DNA of 62,248 bases, counting the filler, from Collodictyon triciliatum (taxonomy: Eukaryota): assembly GCA_043381765.1 (NCBI GenBank). It is 4 parts of 4 records of this genome, joined end to end, with 100 filler letters (N's around TTAATTAATTAA, not from the genome) between each part and the next. Parts side by side here need not be neighbours in the genome. Positions count along the whole stretch, not along the records: positions 31,209 to 46,683 come from JBHJMP010001666.1; 3 more parts are not named here. The stretch is one strand, 5' to 3'. Under the pieces are notes generated by a model. The model worked only from the letters and a program-made list of their open reading frames with translations, was not told where the DNA came from and did not search any database. Shown here piece after piece: positions 31,497-44,779 of the stretch (position 1 is its first letter; every line of letters starts with the position of its first letter). Both the position numbers and the translations under genes were made by a program.

Positions 31497-32641
31497 GGGC
31501 TGAGGTCGTTAACATCCAGCAAGTCATGTCTGTCACTAGCCGCGGACTCTCCGGGAACGGACGAATGAGTGAGCTTTGTCACAGAATGCTCGAGCAGCTG
31601 ACAGGGTCTCCGCTTTGCCTGCTGACTCACTCAGGAACCGCAGCCTTGGAAATGTGTGCGATTATGTGTGACATTGAGGCGGGCGATGAAGTGATTCTTC
31701 CGTCATACACGTTTGTTTCTTCGGCCAATGCGTTCGTGCTCCGCGGCGCTGTTCCAGTCTTCGTGGACATCAGTCTGGACGGGGCAGGAATCACCGCAGA
31801 GTCCATCGAAGCAGCCATTACGGAAAAGACCCGTGTCATCTGCGTTGTTCACTACGCCGGGATTGCATGTGCCATGGATGAAATCATGACTTTAGCCAGG
31901 GCTCATAATCTGATTGTCATCGAGGATGCGGCTCATGCGATAGGCGGCAAGTACAAGGCTCGGATGCTGGGATCGATTGGAGACTTTGGGGCGTTTAGCT
32001 TTCACGAGACCAAAAACATACAATGCGGGGAAGGTGGCGCCATCCTTGTGAATAATCCAAAGTATCTCTCTCGGGCTCATGTCATATGGGAGAAAGGCAC
32101 AAATCGACGAGACTTTGTGGAAGGACTGGTCCCAAAATACAGCTGGATGGATATCGGCTCGTCGTTTCTTCCCAGCGAGCTTACAGCCGCATTCCTCTAT
32201 GCCCAGCTACAGGTGGTTGACGACATCACTCGGCGGAGAGTTGAGATATGGAATACGTACTACAGAGCTTTGCAACCCCTTCATGAGCAAAAGAAAATCA
32301 GACTCCCAGCCATCGCAGAAGCCTATGCGGGTCATTGTGCCCACATATTCTTTTTCTATACAAACACCCCCGAGCAACTCAAAGTGTTGATGAAACAAGC
32401 CGCCGACCGCAAGATATGCTTGTCTCAGCACTATGTCCCTTTGCATTCGTCGCCCTACGGCTCACGGATAGGGCGTGTTTCTGGCTCCATGGATAATACC
32501 ATCATGGCTGCAAACAACCTGGTGAGGCTTCCTCTATGGCGCGACATGAGCAACGAAATGGTGAATAGAGTCATCGATGTTGTGATGGACACTGCCTCTG
32601 ATTTCCCTTGGAAGCTCACACATCTTTGGAATCACTCATAG
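31497..32641 (+). CDS. wecE: DegT/DnrJ/EryC1/StrS PLP aminotransferase, WecE/RffA (dTDP-4-amino-4,6-dideoxygalactose transaminase)-like; one long exon, extreme N-terminus probably missing
   Basis: SGTAALEM, GDEVILPSYTFVSSANAFVLRGAVPVFVD, VVHYAG, IEDAAHA, FSFHETKN..CGEGG, EKGTNR, GSSFLPSEL, HYVPLHSSP, LVRLPL. CAG acceptor at 31494-31496, with in-frame stops just upstream. Confidence 0.92.
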
Positions 32642-33493
32642 TTCCTCGGTTCGTTAGATTTTCCCATCTCATTTTCGCTTTCGCTTTCTCCTTCAATATT
32701 TTGAGTTGTTTTCTGTTGCCAAGAACTGTTCTATATTTCTTTTGTTTTGTTTCACCCACACTCGAAGTCTGTGGCTTTCAACTTTTGATGAAATCAGAAT
32801 TGGAACAGCTGTTTTGTTCGTTGTCGTTTCATAATCGTTTCATTTTTTTTTATTTTTAATAAAAATATCAATTAAAAAATCATGATTGGAGATGGATATG
32901 CGTTAATCAGTTTTCACATGCGATACTCTTTTGTTATTTTACTTAACTGGGATTTCCCAAGAACAGGCAGTGTGATGCTTATTTTTAATCGTTTATGGTT
33001 ATTGCCTTCCTGGACTTCATTGATAAAATTCATTTCTGCGAGCATTCTATGATTAGTATGATTATGATCATGATTATGATTATGATTATGATTATGATTA
33101 TTATATCATAAGGAAGTAAGGAACACTTCTGTGCGCATTTGTGGTGTTGGGTGATCACAATAACGAAGAGTTTCAGAGGGATTTTGCGTCAATGACTTTG
33201 TTTTGTTTTGTTTGTTTTATTTTACACAAGGGGCTCGCAAAGCATAGAAACGAACGATTCAAGAAAAACAAATACAGGAACGAATGATTCAAGGGTGGAT
33301 TTCTGATGTTAAAATCAAAGATACTCTCAGCGCAGAGAACAACAGATCCCGGATAACATGACGCCGATCTTCTGACTGACTAATCAATACTTTTCTTTCC
33401 GTCTCCTTTGTTCCCCTTCCTCTTTTTCCCCTTCTCTTGTATATGCAATTATGAAGAGAAAGTTCTGTGGAAAGTATAAAGCAGGGAAGAAAA

Positions 33494-34969
33494 ATGATGC
33501 ACTTGAGCAACGCACTTTTCAGATCAGTTTTTTCTGCAACTCGCAACCCGACTGTCAGCCGTGCAGTTGCCACTCTGACTCGCAGTGCTCCTTCAACTCC
33601 TTCGGGAATCCCAACTCTTCGAAGTAAAGTAGACGAAATGCCGACTTAAGATGTTCATCATTCATCATTCATCATTCATCATTCATACGTTCATACGTTC
33701 ATACGTTCATCTATGTGTGTTAGATTATAAACCTGATTAAATGTATACGAATCTTTTCCTTTATTCGATTCAAAGTAAATGTATACGAATTTAACGCTGG
33801 AGATTTAAACAACTCATGTTCCTCAATGAGAAACGCATAAGCCGTAAATATTAGTCACTGGATTCTGATTTCTTGCTTATTATTTCAGCTCCATGGTTTC
33901 TCCGCACACTGATTACTACACAGTCTACACCAAACCCAAACTCGCTCAAGTTCTTTGCAGAGACAACACTTGTCCAGTCTGGCTCGTTTGACTTTCCGTC
34001 AGAAAACTCAGCACAACGCTCCCCACTTGCCCGTCGTTTGTTCCGTGTCCCAGGTGTCACGGGGGTCTTTATCAGCAACGACTTTGTGACAGTCACAAAG
34101 ACAGAAGATGTAAGTCACAAACCTCGATTTTTTTCTTTAAATCACCTATGGTGCATTTACAACTATTTTGCATCACTATGGCCTAATGAATAGTATTTTA
34201 TTGTCTTCCTTTTCTCCTCTACACCATACTGCTGGATGACTTTGAACTAGACCATCTTCATTTTTCTGCTGTTTATTGCATTCGCTGTGATTGATTTATT
34301 ATTTGGTAAGGATAAATGTGCGGATATACTCCTTTACATATAGATCAATTGGACAACCATAAAGCCTGATATCTTCAGCGCGATTTCTTCGTTCTCGGAA
34401 AGTGGGAAGCCTGCTGTCGATGATGGACTCCAAAGCGAGGCTGTGCATCAGGGCAGTGATGATGAAGTTGTTAAGCTGATTATCGAATTGTTGGATACAC
34501 GAATTCGTCCCTCTGTGCAGGATGACGGTGGCGATATTGTATTCAAAAAGTTTGAGGATGGAATTGTGTTTTTAAAATTAATGGGAAGCTGCTCGGGTAA
34601 GTGCTATGCGACCATTCTTGATTATAATCCATACTGCCATACAAAAAATGATTCATTAATCGATAATCTATGTTTTTTTCAAAGATGGGAAGCTATATCG
34701 TACTCTTTTGTTCAATTACTGTATTCATGTGTTCAACAATCCCTGTTTCATTTCGTTCTCGCGATACCTCTATTCAAACTTTTCTTACTCTAGGATGCCC
34801 GAGCTCTTTGAGCACTCTGAAGAGTGGGATCGAAAACATGCTGATGCACTATGTCCCCGAGGTTGAAGAGGTCAGAGAAGCTCCACCAGACCCAGAGGAG
34901 ACAAAGATGCAAGAGGTCAGCGACGAGCAGTTGAAGAAGCTGGAAGAAAAGCTCAACCAGGACAAGTGA
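33494..34969 (+). CDS. NFU1: Mitochondrial-type Fe-S carrier NFU1 with N-terminal presequence; 4 exons
   Basis: [55 protein letters not shown]-terminus [31 protein letters not shown] is rich in R/S/T and has no acidic residues. Confidence 0.93.
33738..33790 (-). mobile_element. Micro-retroposon family 1, copy A (23-nt insert, 15-bp perfect TSD) in NFU1 intron 1
   Basis: taaatgtatacgaat [cttttcctttattcgattcaaag] taaatgtatacgaat. Confidence 0.8.
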
Positions 34970-35019
34970 TTTGGAGGTCTTATACAGCCTCCCTATGAAA
35001 AATAAATTGGCTCCTCTGA

Positions 35020-35053
35020 GATGATGATGACGATGATGATGATAATGATGATG

Positions 35054-35143
<90 letters not shown>

Positions 35144-35156
35144 TTAATAGTAGTAA

Positions 35157-35194
<38 letters not shown>

Positions 35195-35195
35195 A
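35020..35195. repeat. Compound (GAT)n(AAT)n(AGT)n microsatellite
   Basis: Direct observation. Confidence 0.95.
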
Positions 35196-35434
35196 TGTGC
35201 ATAGCGTACCCAAATTATAATAGGGATTTCCAGAAGCGGGAACCCGGTGAGAAAGGAACATACTCTAATATGGAATTTATTATAATATTAATTATTTAAT
35301 AATTATTTTTATCAAAATTATTTTTTGCTATATAAAATGTGTAATAATAATTATAAATTGTACTATTAAATATGTAGAACTTTGCACAGAAAAAACCCAT
35401 ATGTGTTGTAATGGTTGCACGTGATGTTTATGTC

Positions 35435-35491
35435 AAATTGGAGTTTCTCTTTGAATCGAATAAAGGGAAAAAAAAAAAAATTGGAGTTTCT
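35435..35491 (+). mobile_element. Micro-retroposon family 1, copy B (29-nt insert with poly-A, 14-bp perfect TSD), intergenic
   Basis: aaattggagtttct [ctttgaatcgaataaaggg a10] aaattggagtttct. Confidence 0.82.
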
Positions 35492-35629
35492 GACTGGTTG
35501 ATGTGCGACCGCCTGACACCCGTATACAAGTCACGTTCCGTCCGTCTAGAACGTCACAGCGCCTTGAATAATAGCATTTTTTTTGTTTTACAACTTGTCT
35601 TTTGTTTGTTCCTTTTTCCCTTTCGATTG

Positions 35630-35828
35630 TTTTGTTCCTTTTTTCCCTTTTGATTCTTTTGATTCTTTTGTTCCTTTTGTTCTTTTTGTTCCGTTTGTTC
35701 CTTTTTTCCCTTTTGATACTTTTGATACTTTTGTTCCTTTTGTTCCTTTTGTTCCTTTTGTTCCTTTTGTTCCTTTTGTTCCTTTTGTTCCTTTTGTTCC
35801 TTTTGTTCCTTTTGTTCCTTTTGATCCT
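35630..35828. repeat. (TTTTGTTCC)n 9-mer array
   Basis: Direct observation. Confidence 0.9.
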
Positions 35829-36036
35829 GTTATTTTCTTCATTTTCATCATTTATTTCGATAAATCCAATTGCTCTTGACAAATTCGTCTAGCCCAACGC
35901 ATGACACAAGTCACATAAGATTGCTATGGCAAATAACTTTACTTTCTTGTCCTAATCCTACATATGTTGGCTCCAATAAATAAAGCTCGGAAACAAGTAG
36001 ATTAATGGTTTTTTTTTTAATAGATATATTCTCATC

Positions 36037-38235
36037 ATGGTTTCGGGGAGATTAACACACATCGGTCTCGTTATATCTGTGCTCTTCGGGGTCCTTGGCC
36101 TTATGTCCGCTGTTCCCCTCACAAGCGTGGAAAACTTGGGGGCTGCCGCTAAAGAAGGTTCCAAGATTTGAATTACATAAGAGCTCGTTACATATTAAAG
36201 AAGATTAATTGGTATTCATAACATATATAAATCCTTTTCGTTTTTTTTTTCAAAGACTGAGATTGTTCAAAAAAGCCAATGCGAGAGACATGGTTGTTTC
36301 AGGAGAGTATTCTTGCATTTTATTTCTCCACTCATAGTGTTTAACTATGGCAGATCGTGCTTGCTTCGGTGCTGTTTCTGTTGTTTTGGACCCGATTCCA
36401 GACGCTGAAGACCAGATATTCACCTCGGATGGACGCTACTTTGTTACCGGAGGCCGCAACGTGTACCAAGTTACCAGTGATGCCAACGTAAAATGCCTTA
36501 TATTTAGCAATTTGAAATCACCATGAAAACCATATTAAAAAGAGAAGATTTAATACCAGCGAATATGCCGAATAAAATCATAACAATAATACTAATATAG
36601 GGTCAACTAATTGCCCGACCAGCATATGAAAGAAGCAGTGGAATTGGCCTGACTTACTTCATTGGTACTTCTCCACATCGAATCGAGCAAGGCTTATTTC
36701 CTTCTATGCGCTTTGTGTTTCTGTTTTGATTTTCTTCTTCAAAGCCTAATGTTCATATTTCTGTTTCGTTAGATGTTTTGTCTTTGTTCATTTTTCTATT
36801 GTAGCTTGGTATATAATAGCGTTTTCTTTTAATATGAAAATCATACAAAATAATTTTGAAAGGAATCACCGAGTTATACAACACTGTATACACGACCTAC
36901 TACACCGGAAGAAGTGCTCATTTGACTGCTGCATCATTAAACTCTACAGCACCAACCTTTTCAATAATTTATAATCTGCCCACTGTCTTTACTAACGGCG
37001 TTGCCGCAGATACTGTTGGTTGGTTGTTTGTCAAATATTTTCATTTTCATTAGATCATTTCATCAATCTCACATGTCTCTTTTTCCGTTTTCTGTACACT
37101 GGTTTATTCATTTACATACATATCAGATCAATTAAACCAAAAAAAAAAAAAAAAAAAAAAAAACACATACACATACACATACACATACACATACAAAGGA
37201 AAGGCCCTCTATTTGGCTGATACTCTTGCATCCACGATTTCGATGATTAGAGTCGACCCCAACAACCCCATGCGAGTACGTTTAATTCATAAAAATAAAT
37301 TTAAACATCATTTCATAAATATTTCTGACCAATTATCTTTGTGGGTTACATTAGTCTAAGGACTGTATTTAATCTCTTAAAGAATATCAGCCTATCTAAC
37401 ATTTAATCCCCACGGTCCTGCACAAAAATTGAAAGGAAGAATAAAAAAAAAAAGGGAAAAAAGAAAATAAAAGAAAAAAGAAAATAAAGTAAAAGTAAAA
37501 GTAAATAATAAATAACTAGGTTACTGAATATCGTATTGTACTGACCGACGTCATCAGTGGACCAAACGCTATCAAGTATTATGACGGTCTACTCTATATG
37601 ACAAATCCGACAACTTTATATATATCTTCGATTCTTCGTGATGGAAGCCTGACTACGCCATCTATTCTGTTCCAAGTGAGCATTCTCTCCTCAGAAATCC
37701 CTGTTTCGATTGAATCGACTGTTTTGCACAACTCATTCTAGATAATTCAAATACGAGTTTCGCTTTCCTTTTCTTTCTCACTTTTTTTTTTTTGACTACA
37801 CAAATGCAGCTTGATGGAGGAGGCGTTCTAGATGAGCTCACTTTTGTAAATGATGGAAAATACATCGCGATTGCAAACTACCCAGGAGACCAAATTCTAA
37901 TCTTGGATAGATTGAGAGGTATTTTTTATCGTCATTTTAAATGATTTTTATCCGTTTATTCAAAACCAACACAATAAATTTCTTGATTCTATTGAAATAA
38001 AATTGCTCCTTTCTTTTCTTTTTTTTTTTTTTTTTTTTTTGATAATAATAATATCATCCAAGGAACCGTTCTTTGCGATAGCGGGCCCATCTTCCAATCG
38101 CCATCGTCTGTGGTTGTGTCTCAGGCTCCGTTCCAACTTGGGAAATTGATTGTCACAGAGAAGGGAGTTCTCGGAGATATGGATGGACCCAAAGGAAACC
38201 GCGTCGTCCAAGTAGATTTCCAAATCGATTTCTGA
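36037..38235 (+). CDS. Secreted beta-propeller protein (SMP-30/gluconolactonase-like fold suspected), multi-exon
   Basis: Signal-peptide-like IGLVISVLFGVLGLMSA; blade-like motifs FTNGVAAD..GKALYLAD, GPNAIKYYDGLLYMT, LDELTFVNDGKYIAIANY, FQSPSSVVV, LIVTEKG; TGA at 38233-38235. Confidence 0.65.
37421..37453 (+). mobile_element. Micro-retroposon family 2 copy (no clear TSD), intronic
   Basis: cacaaaaattgaaaggaagaat-a(n) is nearly identical to the TSD-flanked insert at 58886-58916. Confidence 0.55.
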
Positions 38236-38612
38236 GTAATTCGTGCTCACTTTGCATACGTAATAAAGCAAAGCTGCTCTCACAAAAATCATGCGAGTCT
38301 AAAAACAATCAAACGAAAGAAAAAAAAAAACCAAAACCAAAACCAAAAAAACGCAAAAGAAGGGGAAACCTGATATGACTTGACTCGAACACCACATGTA
38401 ATTTTTTGATTTTCTCTTGATGACACCATAAACCATTTCTTATGTTGCTATCATAAGTATGTGACAGGACATGATTTTTTTTATTATTAATATAAATGAC
38501 ATTATCTTCCAAGAGAGGTATGCTTTATTTAAAAAATATAATATTTTTAATTATTTCTTTTTATTCATGGAAAACGATCGAGAAAAGTGGGCCTGTAGTG
38601 TAATTCGTGCAA

Positions 38613-41600
38613 TTAATAGCACGTCTTCAAACGCGTCACAAGTCCGATGCGAACAGTTTGGTCATAGCCACCGAAAACACAAAGGCCCTACAACCCAAGA
38701 TAAAAAAATGAAATTAATGGCATGACTCATATCATCAATTTATAGTATGCAATAAGGAATAAAATGCATGTACTTCTTTGTCTGTGCTCCAGTCAAATGC
38801 CGCTATTGGTTGCGTTGAAATACTAATGTGGTTGAGCTTCTCAAGCGTCCCAGCAACCCCTTGACCTACACCTTTTTTTATAAATATATTCGATTGAGTC
38901 TAAATATGAATGCAAAGTTTGTATCCAAATATAAACCACTTAATACAGCCCAGATAGCAAGAGAAACTACCGTTTGAATCCTGGATGGAACGTTGGGAGG
39001 GATACACGCTGCATTGGAAAGAAAGAATATCCATGTAAGAACAAGTATGCAGATGCGTCGAATAGTAAATCCAATAAGTTAGAATATACGCGAGATGCCT
39101 AATTTTATAAATTTGCTTTTAAAAGGAAGGATACTATTTGTAGAGGTGAAGAGTTCCAGCTCCTCCAGTGACCATGAAGATATCGCGGCATTGCGGCAAA
39201 TGCTTGCCACGCCATATAGTTGATTTACTTGGCTTTGATGAAATGTTACGATATTATTGTTGTCAGTATTATTGCTATCATTACCATCATAGCTATTTTG
39301 CAATCAGGGCTTATTTCAAGGATATGAAACACCGCCAACGATGCGTTGATACACAGCATACCTTTTCGAGAACAGAAGCAAATCCTTTTTCAGGGTGTTG
39401 AGTTCTCAGATCGAAGACATTAAAGCGACCCTCTAAGGTAGTTGCTAGAGCCAAACGATACTTAATTTGTAAATTATCTTACATGGGTGTCGAAGAGAAC
39501 TAATAGGTAAATATACCAACAACATAGAGGTATTTGTAATAACACCTAAATTCAACCACATACCCAGAAGTTTGTTCATTTTGATGTCTTTCCTATCGAA
39601 TTGAACCGAGCAAATCTAAATCCCATCGAGTTAGCAGCTTGGTCAATTAAGGCAACCATATATGTAAATTAGGTCAAATAATATATTACTACTTACTCCA
39701 TTCTTCAAATTATCCTCCCAGCGAACTCTGTTTGTCTTTAAATCGAACATTTTTATATCTCCGTTATCATAACCTGCGACCACACATCGTTCTTCTTCAT
39801 TATATGCATGCCCTGTTGTTTGCAATAACAAAACAGAAAAAAAAAGAAAGGAAAAAGGTTAAAATTTAATGAACGTGTAATCGCTAGTAAAATAATAATA
39901 ATAAATAAATCGGAGCCTGATATCAAACAAATACATATATTATGAAGGACGATGTACTGAATAGAAAATATGAAATAAAACAATAACCAAAAGCAGCAGT
40001 CCAGCATTCAGCAGTCTTTTGGCCCGGGGCAGGCTCAAACGACGATACAGGAATGTCTTTTTGGCGCACATCCCAGACCCGGACACAACCATCTTTGCCA
40101 CCAGTGAGCAGTTCGGGCGCTCCTTTACCGACACCAAGACCAGCCACGCCGTCCAATGTGTAAACGATGTCTTCGTGTGCCTGGACATATTTAAGTGTTT
40201 TGCTACAAGACAAACGAAGCATAGTAAAAGTAGTAGCGAATATATGTAAACAAATAGGTTATAAAGGAAAAAAAATATGTAAACAAATAGGGAGGGACAG
40301 AACAACAGTGAACGATGGAAGAGCGATAAAAGTGTATTTTGTTTCATATACACCATTATAAGTTAAACGCAAGAAAGATATATCAAGGGAGGAAAATCTC
40401 GGCACATGAGGAATTGATGTATCAATCTCAATCGTTTTCAATAATTCCCTACTTTCACTGTGTAGAGAGGGAGGTCTGGTCTTTGCAAATCCCTGTAGTA
40501 TAAAATTGTTAATTATGTGTTTTTTTTCTTCTCCTTTTCTTTTTATTTATATTCAAACTCATTGTCATATTCAACAACTTTATTGCTTAATGCTTAACCA
40601 CTATATATATGAATATTTATTGAATTTAAAATTTTTGAGAATGGCATACCAGACTGCGAGTCTCCCGTCCATATCAACTGTTGCCAAATGTCTGTCCTCT
40701 ATCAATGACGCGGAGAATGTTCCCATCCGAAAGCCTGATTTCTTTTCAATCTGGAAAAAAAAAAAGAGAGAATGTATTGAAGGTTCTTCATTAATGGTGG
40801 CTGTAGATAAAAATAAGGCATATGATAAAATCTTGAACACTTTTGAAATGTGGCTAATTAATGTGAGGGCAATAAATAAAACCTCCTGCACTGTTTCTAG
40901 CTTTCCTTGGTTCAGCTCCATTATGTGAATTACGCCAGTACCCCGGGCATAAGCACCCAAAACAACCACTTTGGCACTGTGAAAGGATGTTTATATCATA
41001 TATTTGACATGATTTTGAGCATGCTTTCTTCTTTATTTTTTGTTTTCATCTCTAATTTGTAATTGATTTTTATGGTCTGATTTCTGTTGCAATACTGCCA
41101 AGTAAGAGAATTGTAAATAAAGTTGATTTCTATGATGAAATACAAAGATGATAAAACAAAGTTAAGGAAATGTTAAACCGAAAAAGAGAGAACGCTTAAA
41201 AGCAAGATGTGTTTGTCAATAGAATTCTACGGATAAAAAAGAAAATTAATGCAAAAGTTGTGACTTTAGACGGCTTCTACCTGCTTGGAAGAAATAGAGT
41301 GTCAGCAACTGTGTAATTGCAAGACTTTGATATATGCTCGATAATCTGTCATGAAAACCGGCGCAGAATTGTAACACCATAGAAATATTAGATACATTAG
41401 TAGTGTATTTGGCGCGTTTAGATGATAAAAAAAGTAAGAAGGCCTCAACAAGAGGTATTTATGAACAAATATAATAAAAAAAATACTAAGAAAATCGGGA
41501 AATTATCAAAGTTAAATTAAGATGATAAAAAGGATGCTTAAAAAATAAATAGGAAGAGGCCAGGAAAATATGCTCAAGGTATGTATATTGGCGTTATTAT

Positions 41601-41711
41601 CTTATATTGTTTACTAATTTCATTATCATTTCCAGAGGAAAATGAGAAATAAACCTCGATTATACATAAAACGTTTAACAATTCTACCTGTGGCTTTGTC
41701 GTGGTTGCCAT
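38613..41711 (-). CDS. WDR92: WD-repeat protein 92 (Monad/DNAAF10; R2TP-associated dynein assembly factor)
   Basis: [99 protein letters not shown]. Confidence 0.92.
40242..40291 (+). mobile_element. Micro-retroposon family 1, minimal copy C (16-nt insert, 17-bp perfect TSD) in a WDR92 intron
   Basis: atatgtaaacaaatagg [ttataaaggaaaaaaa] atatgtaaacaaatagg; the insert matches only the extreme 3' end ATAAAGG-An. Confidence 0.6.
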
Positions 41712-41779
41712 GGGATCTTTGTTCTATTCCAGATGCTCTTTTTCTTCCTCCTATTGTCGTCTTTTAATTACAAAGTATT

Positions 41780-42030
41780 AAAGAAAAGAGGGAAAAAGAG
41801 GGGAAAAAGAGGAAAAAAGAGGGGAAAAAGAGGGGGAAAAGAGGGGGAAAAGAGGGGAAAAAGAGGGGAAAAAGAGGGGGAAAAGAGAGAAAAGAGGAAA
41901 AAAAAGAGGAAAAAAAAGAGGAAAAAAAAGAGGAAAAAAAAGAGGAAAAAAAAGAGGAAAAAAAAGAGGAAAAAAAGAGGGAAAAAGAGGGAAAAAGAGG
42001 GAAAAAGAAAAGAAAAAGAAAGAAAAAGGA
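41780..42030. repeat. Purine-rich degenerate (GAGGAAAAAAAA)n array upstream of WDR92
   Basis: Direct observation. Confidence 0.9.
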
Positions 42031-42841
42031 TAAAATATGTGCGCACGACCATTTCGCTGGCTACACATATATAAACAGTTTTAGCAGCCACACTCTTTAA
42101 GCTGGAGGGAGCGATCAAGCAAACATTGCAACGCCGAGAACACAACGATACACAAAGTCGGATCCTCCTGAAATCCAAGGTTTATTCCTTCGACGCCCAA
42201 GAAACACCTTTTCTTTCTTTTCCTTTACTTTTAATATGTGTGTATGGCCAAGTTTTATTGAATATGGCGATAGTAGATTGATGGGGTTCGGGAATGCAGC
42301 CGTTTTGTTGGGACTGCCGAGCAAAAGAGTAGAGTTTGGGGTTGACAGGAGCAACGCAGAGAATAGATAAGTGATGGGTTCGATGCCGAAGAGAAAGGAG
42401 AGAGAAAAGGAGAAAGATGAGAAGGAACTATAAGAAGGAATGGGCAGCGTAGGGATGTGACAATAGCGGAATCATCCACAGAGATGGAACAGTTGTGGCT
42501 TCGAGACTTGCTATCCACAATTATCTTTCTCTCTCATCTGCACCCGAATAACATGTATCGGTCAAGTAATCCAGAGTTTTTTCCCTTTTTGATATACTCT
42601 GTTATTCACGATGTCAAAATCCCTTCTTCACCTTGGCTCCATTAAAAGAAAAAATGCCCAATTATGTCCCCTATTCTTGACGATGACATAATCACCTCCT
42701 TCTTCATCTTTTTCTCCCGCCTCTCAAAGGCCAACGCGCTCTCCTGTCCTACCGAACTGCAAGGAATCAACATAATCCGCTGAGGAGGATAAACAGAGTA
42801 TGCGCTCAGGAGAGGACGGTTCGGTCAACAAGTGGAGAAGG

Positions 42842-44285
<1,444 letters not shown>

Positions 44286-44779
44286 NNNNNNNNNNNNNNN
44301 NNNNNNNNNNNNNNNNNNNNNNNNNNNNNNNNNNNNNNNNNNNNNNNNNNNNNNNNNNNNNNNNNNNNNNNNNNNNNNNNNNNNNNNNNNNNNNNNNNNN
44401 NNNNNNNNNNNNNNNNNNNNNNNNNNNNNNNNNNNNNNNNNNNNNNNNNNNNNNNNNNNNNNNNNNNNNNNNNNNNNNNNNNNNNNNNNNNNNNNNNNNN
44501 NNNNNNNNNNNNNNNNNNNNNNNNNNNNNNNNNNNNNNNNNNNNNNNNNNNNNNNNNNNNNNNNNNNNNNNNNNNNNNNNNNNNNNNNNNNNNNNNNNNN
44601 NNNNNNNNNNNNNNNNNNNNNNNNNNNNNNNNNNNNNNNNNNNNNNNNNNNNNNNNNNNNNNNNNNNNNNNNNNNNNNNNNNNNNNNNNNNNNNNNNNNN
44701 NNNNNNNNNNNNNNNNNNNNNNNNNNNNNNNNNNNNNNNNNNNNNNNNNNNNNNNNNNNNNNNNNNNNNNNNNNNNNNN
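44286..44779. other. Scaffold N gap
   Basis: Run of N. Confidence 0.95.

Noticed and set aside
33760-33775. TTCGATTC in the repeat resembling a tRNA T-loop/B-box
   Set aside because: No cloverleaf or A-box, the GG/CC flanks are missing, and the A tail shows the element's sense is the opposite strand.
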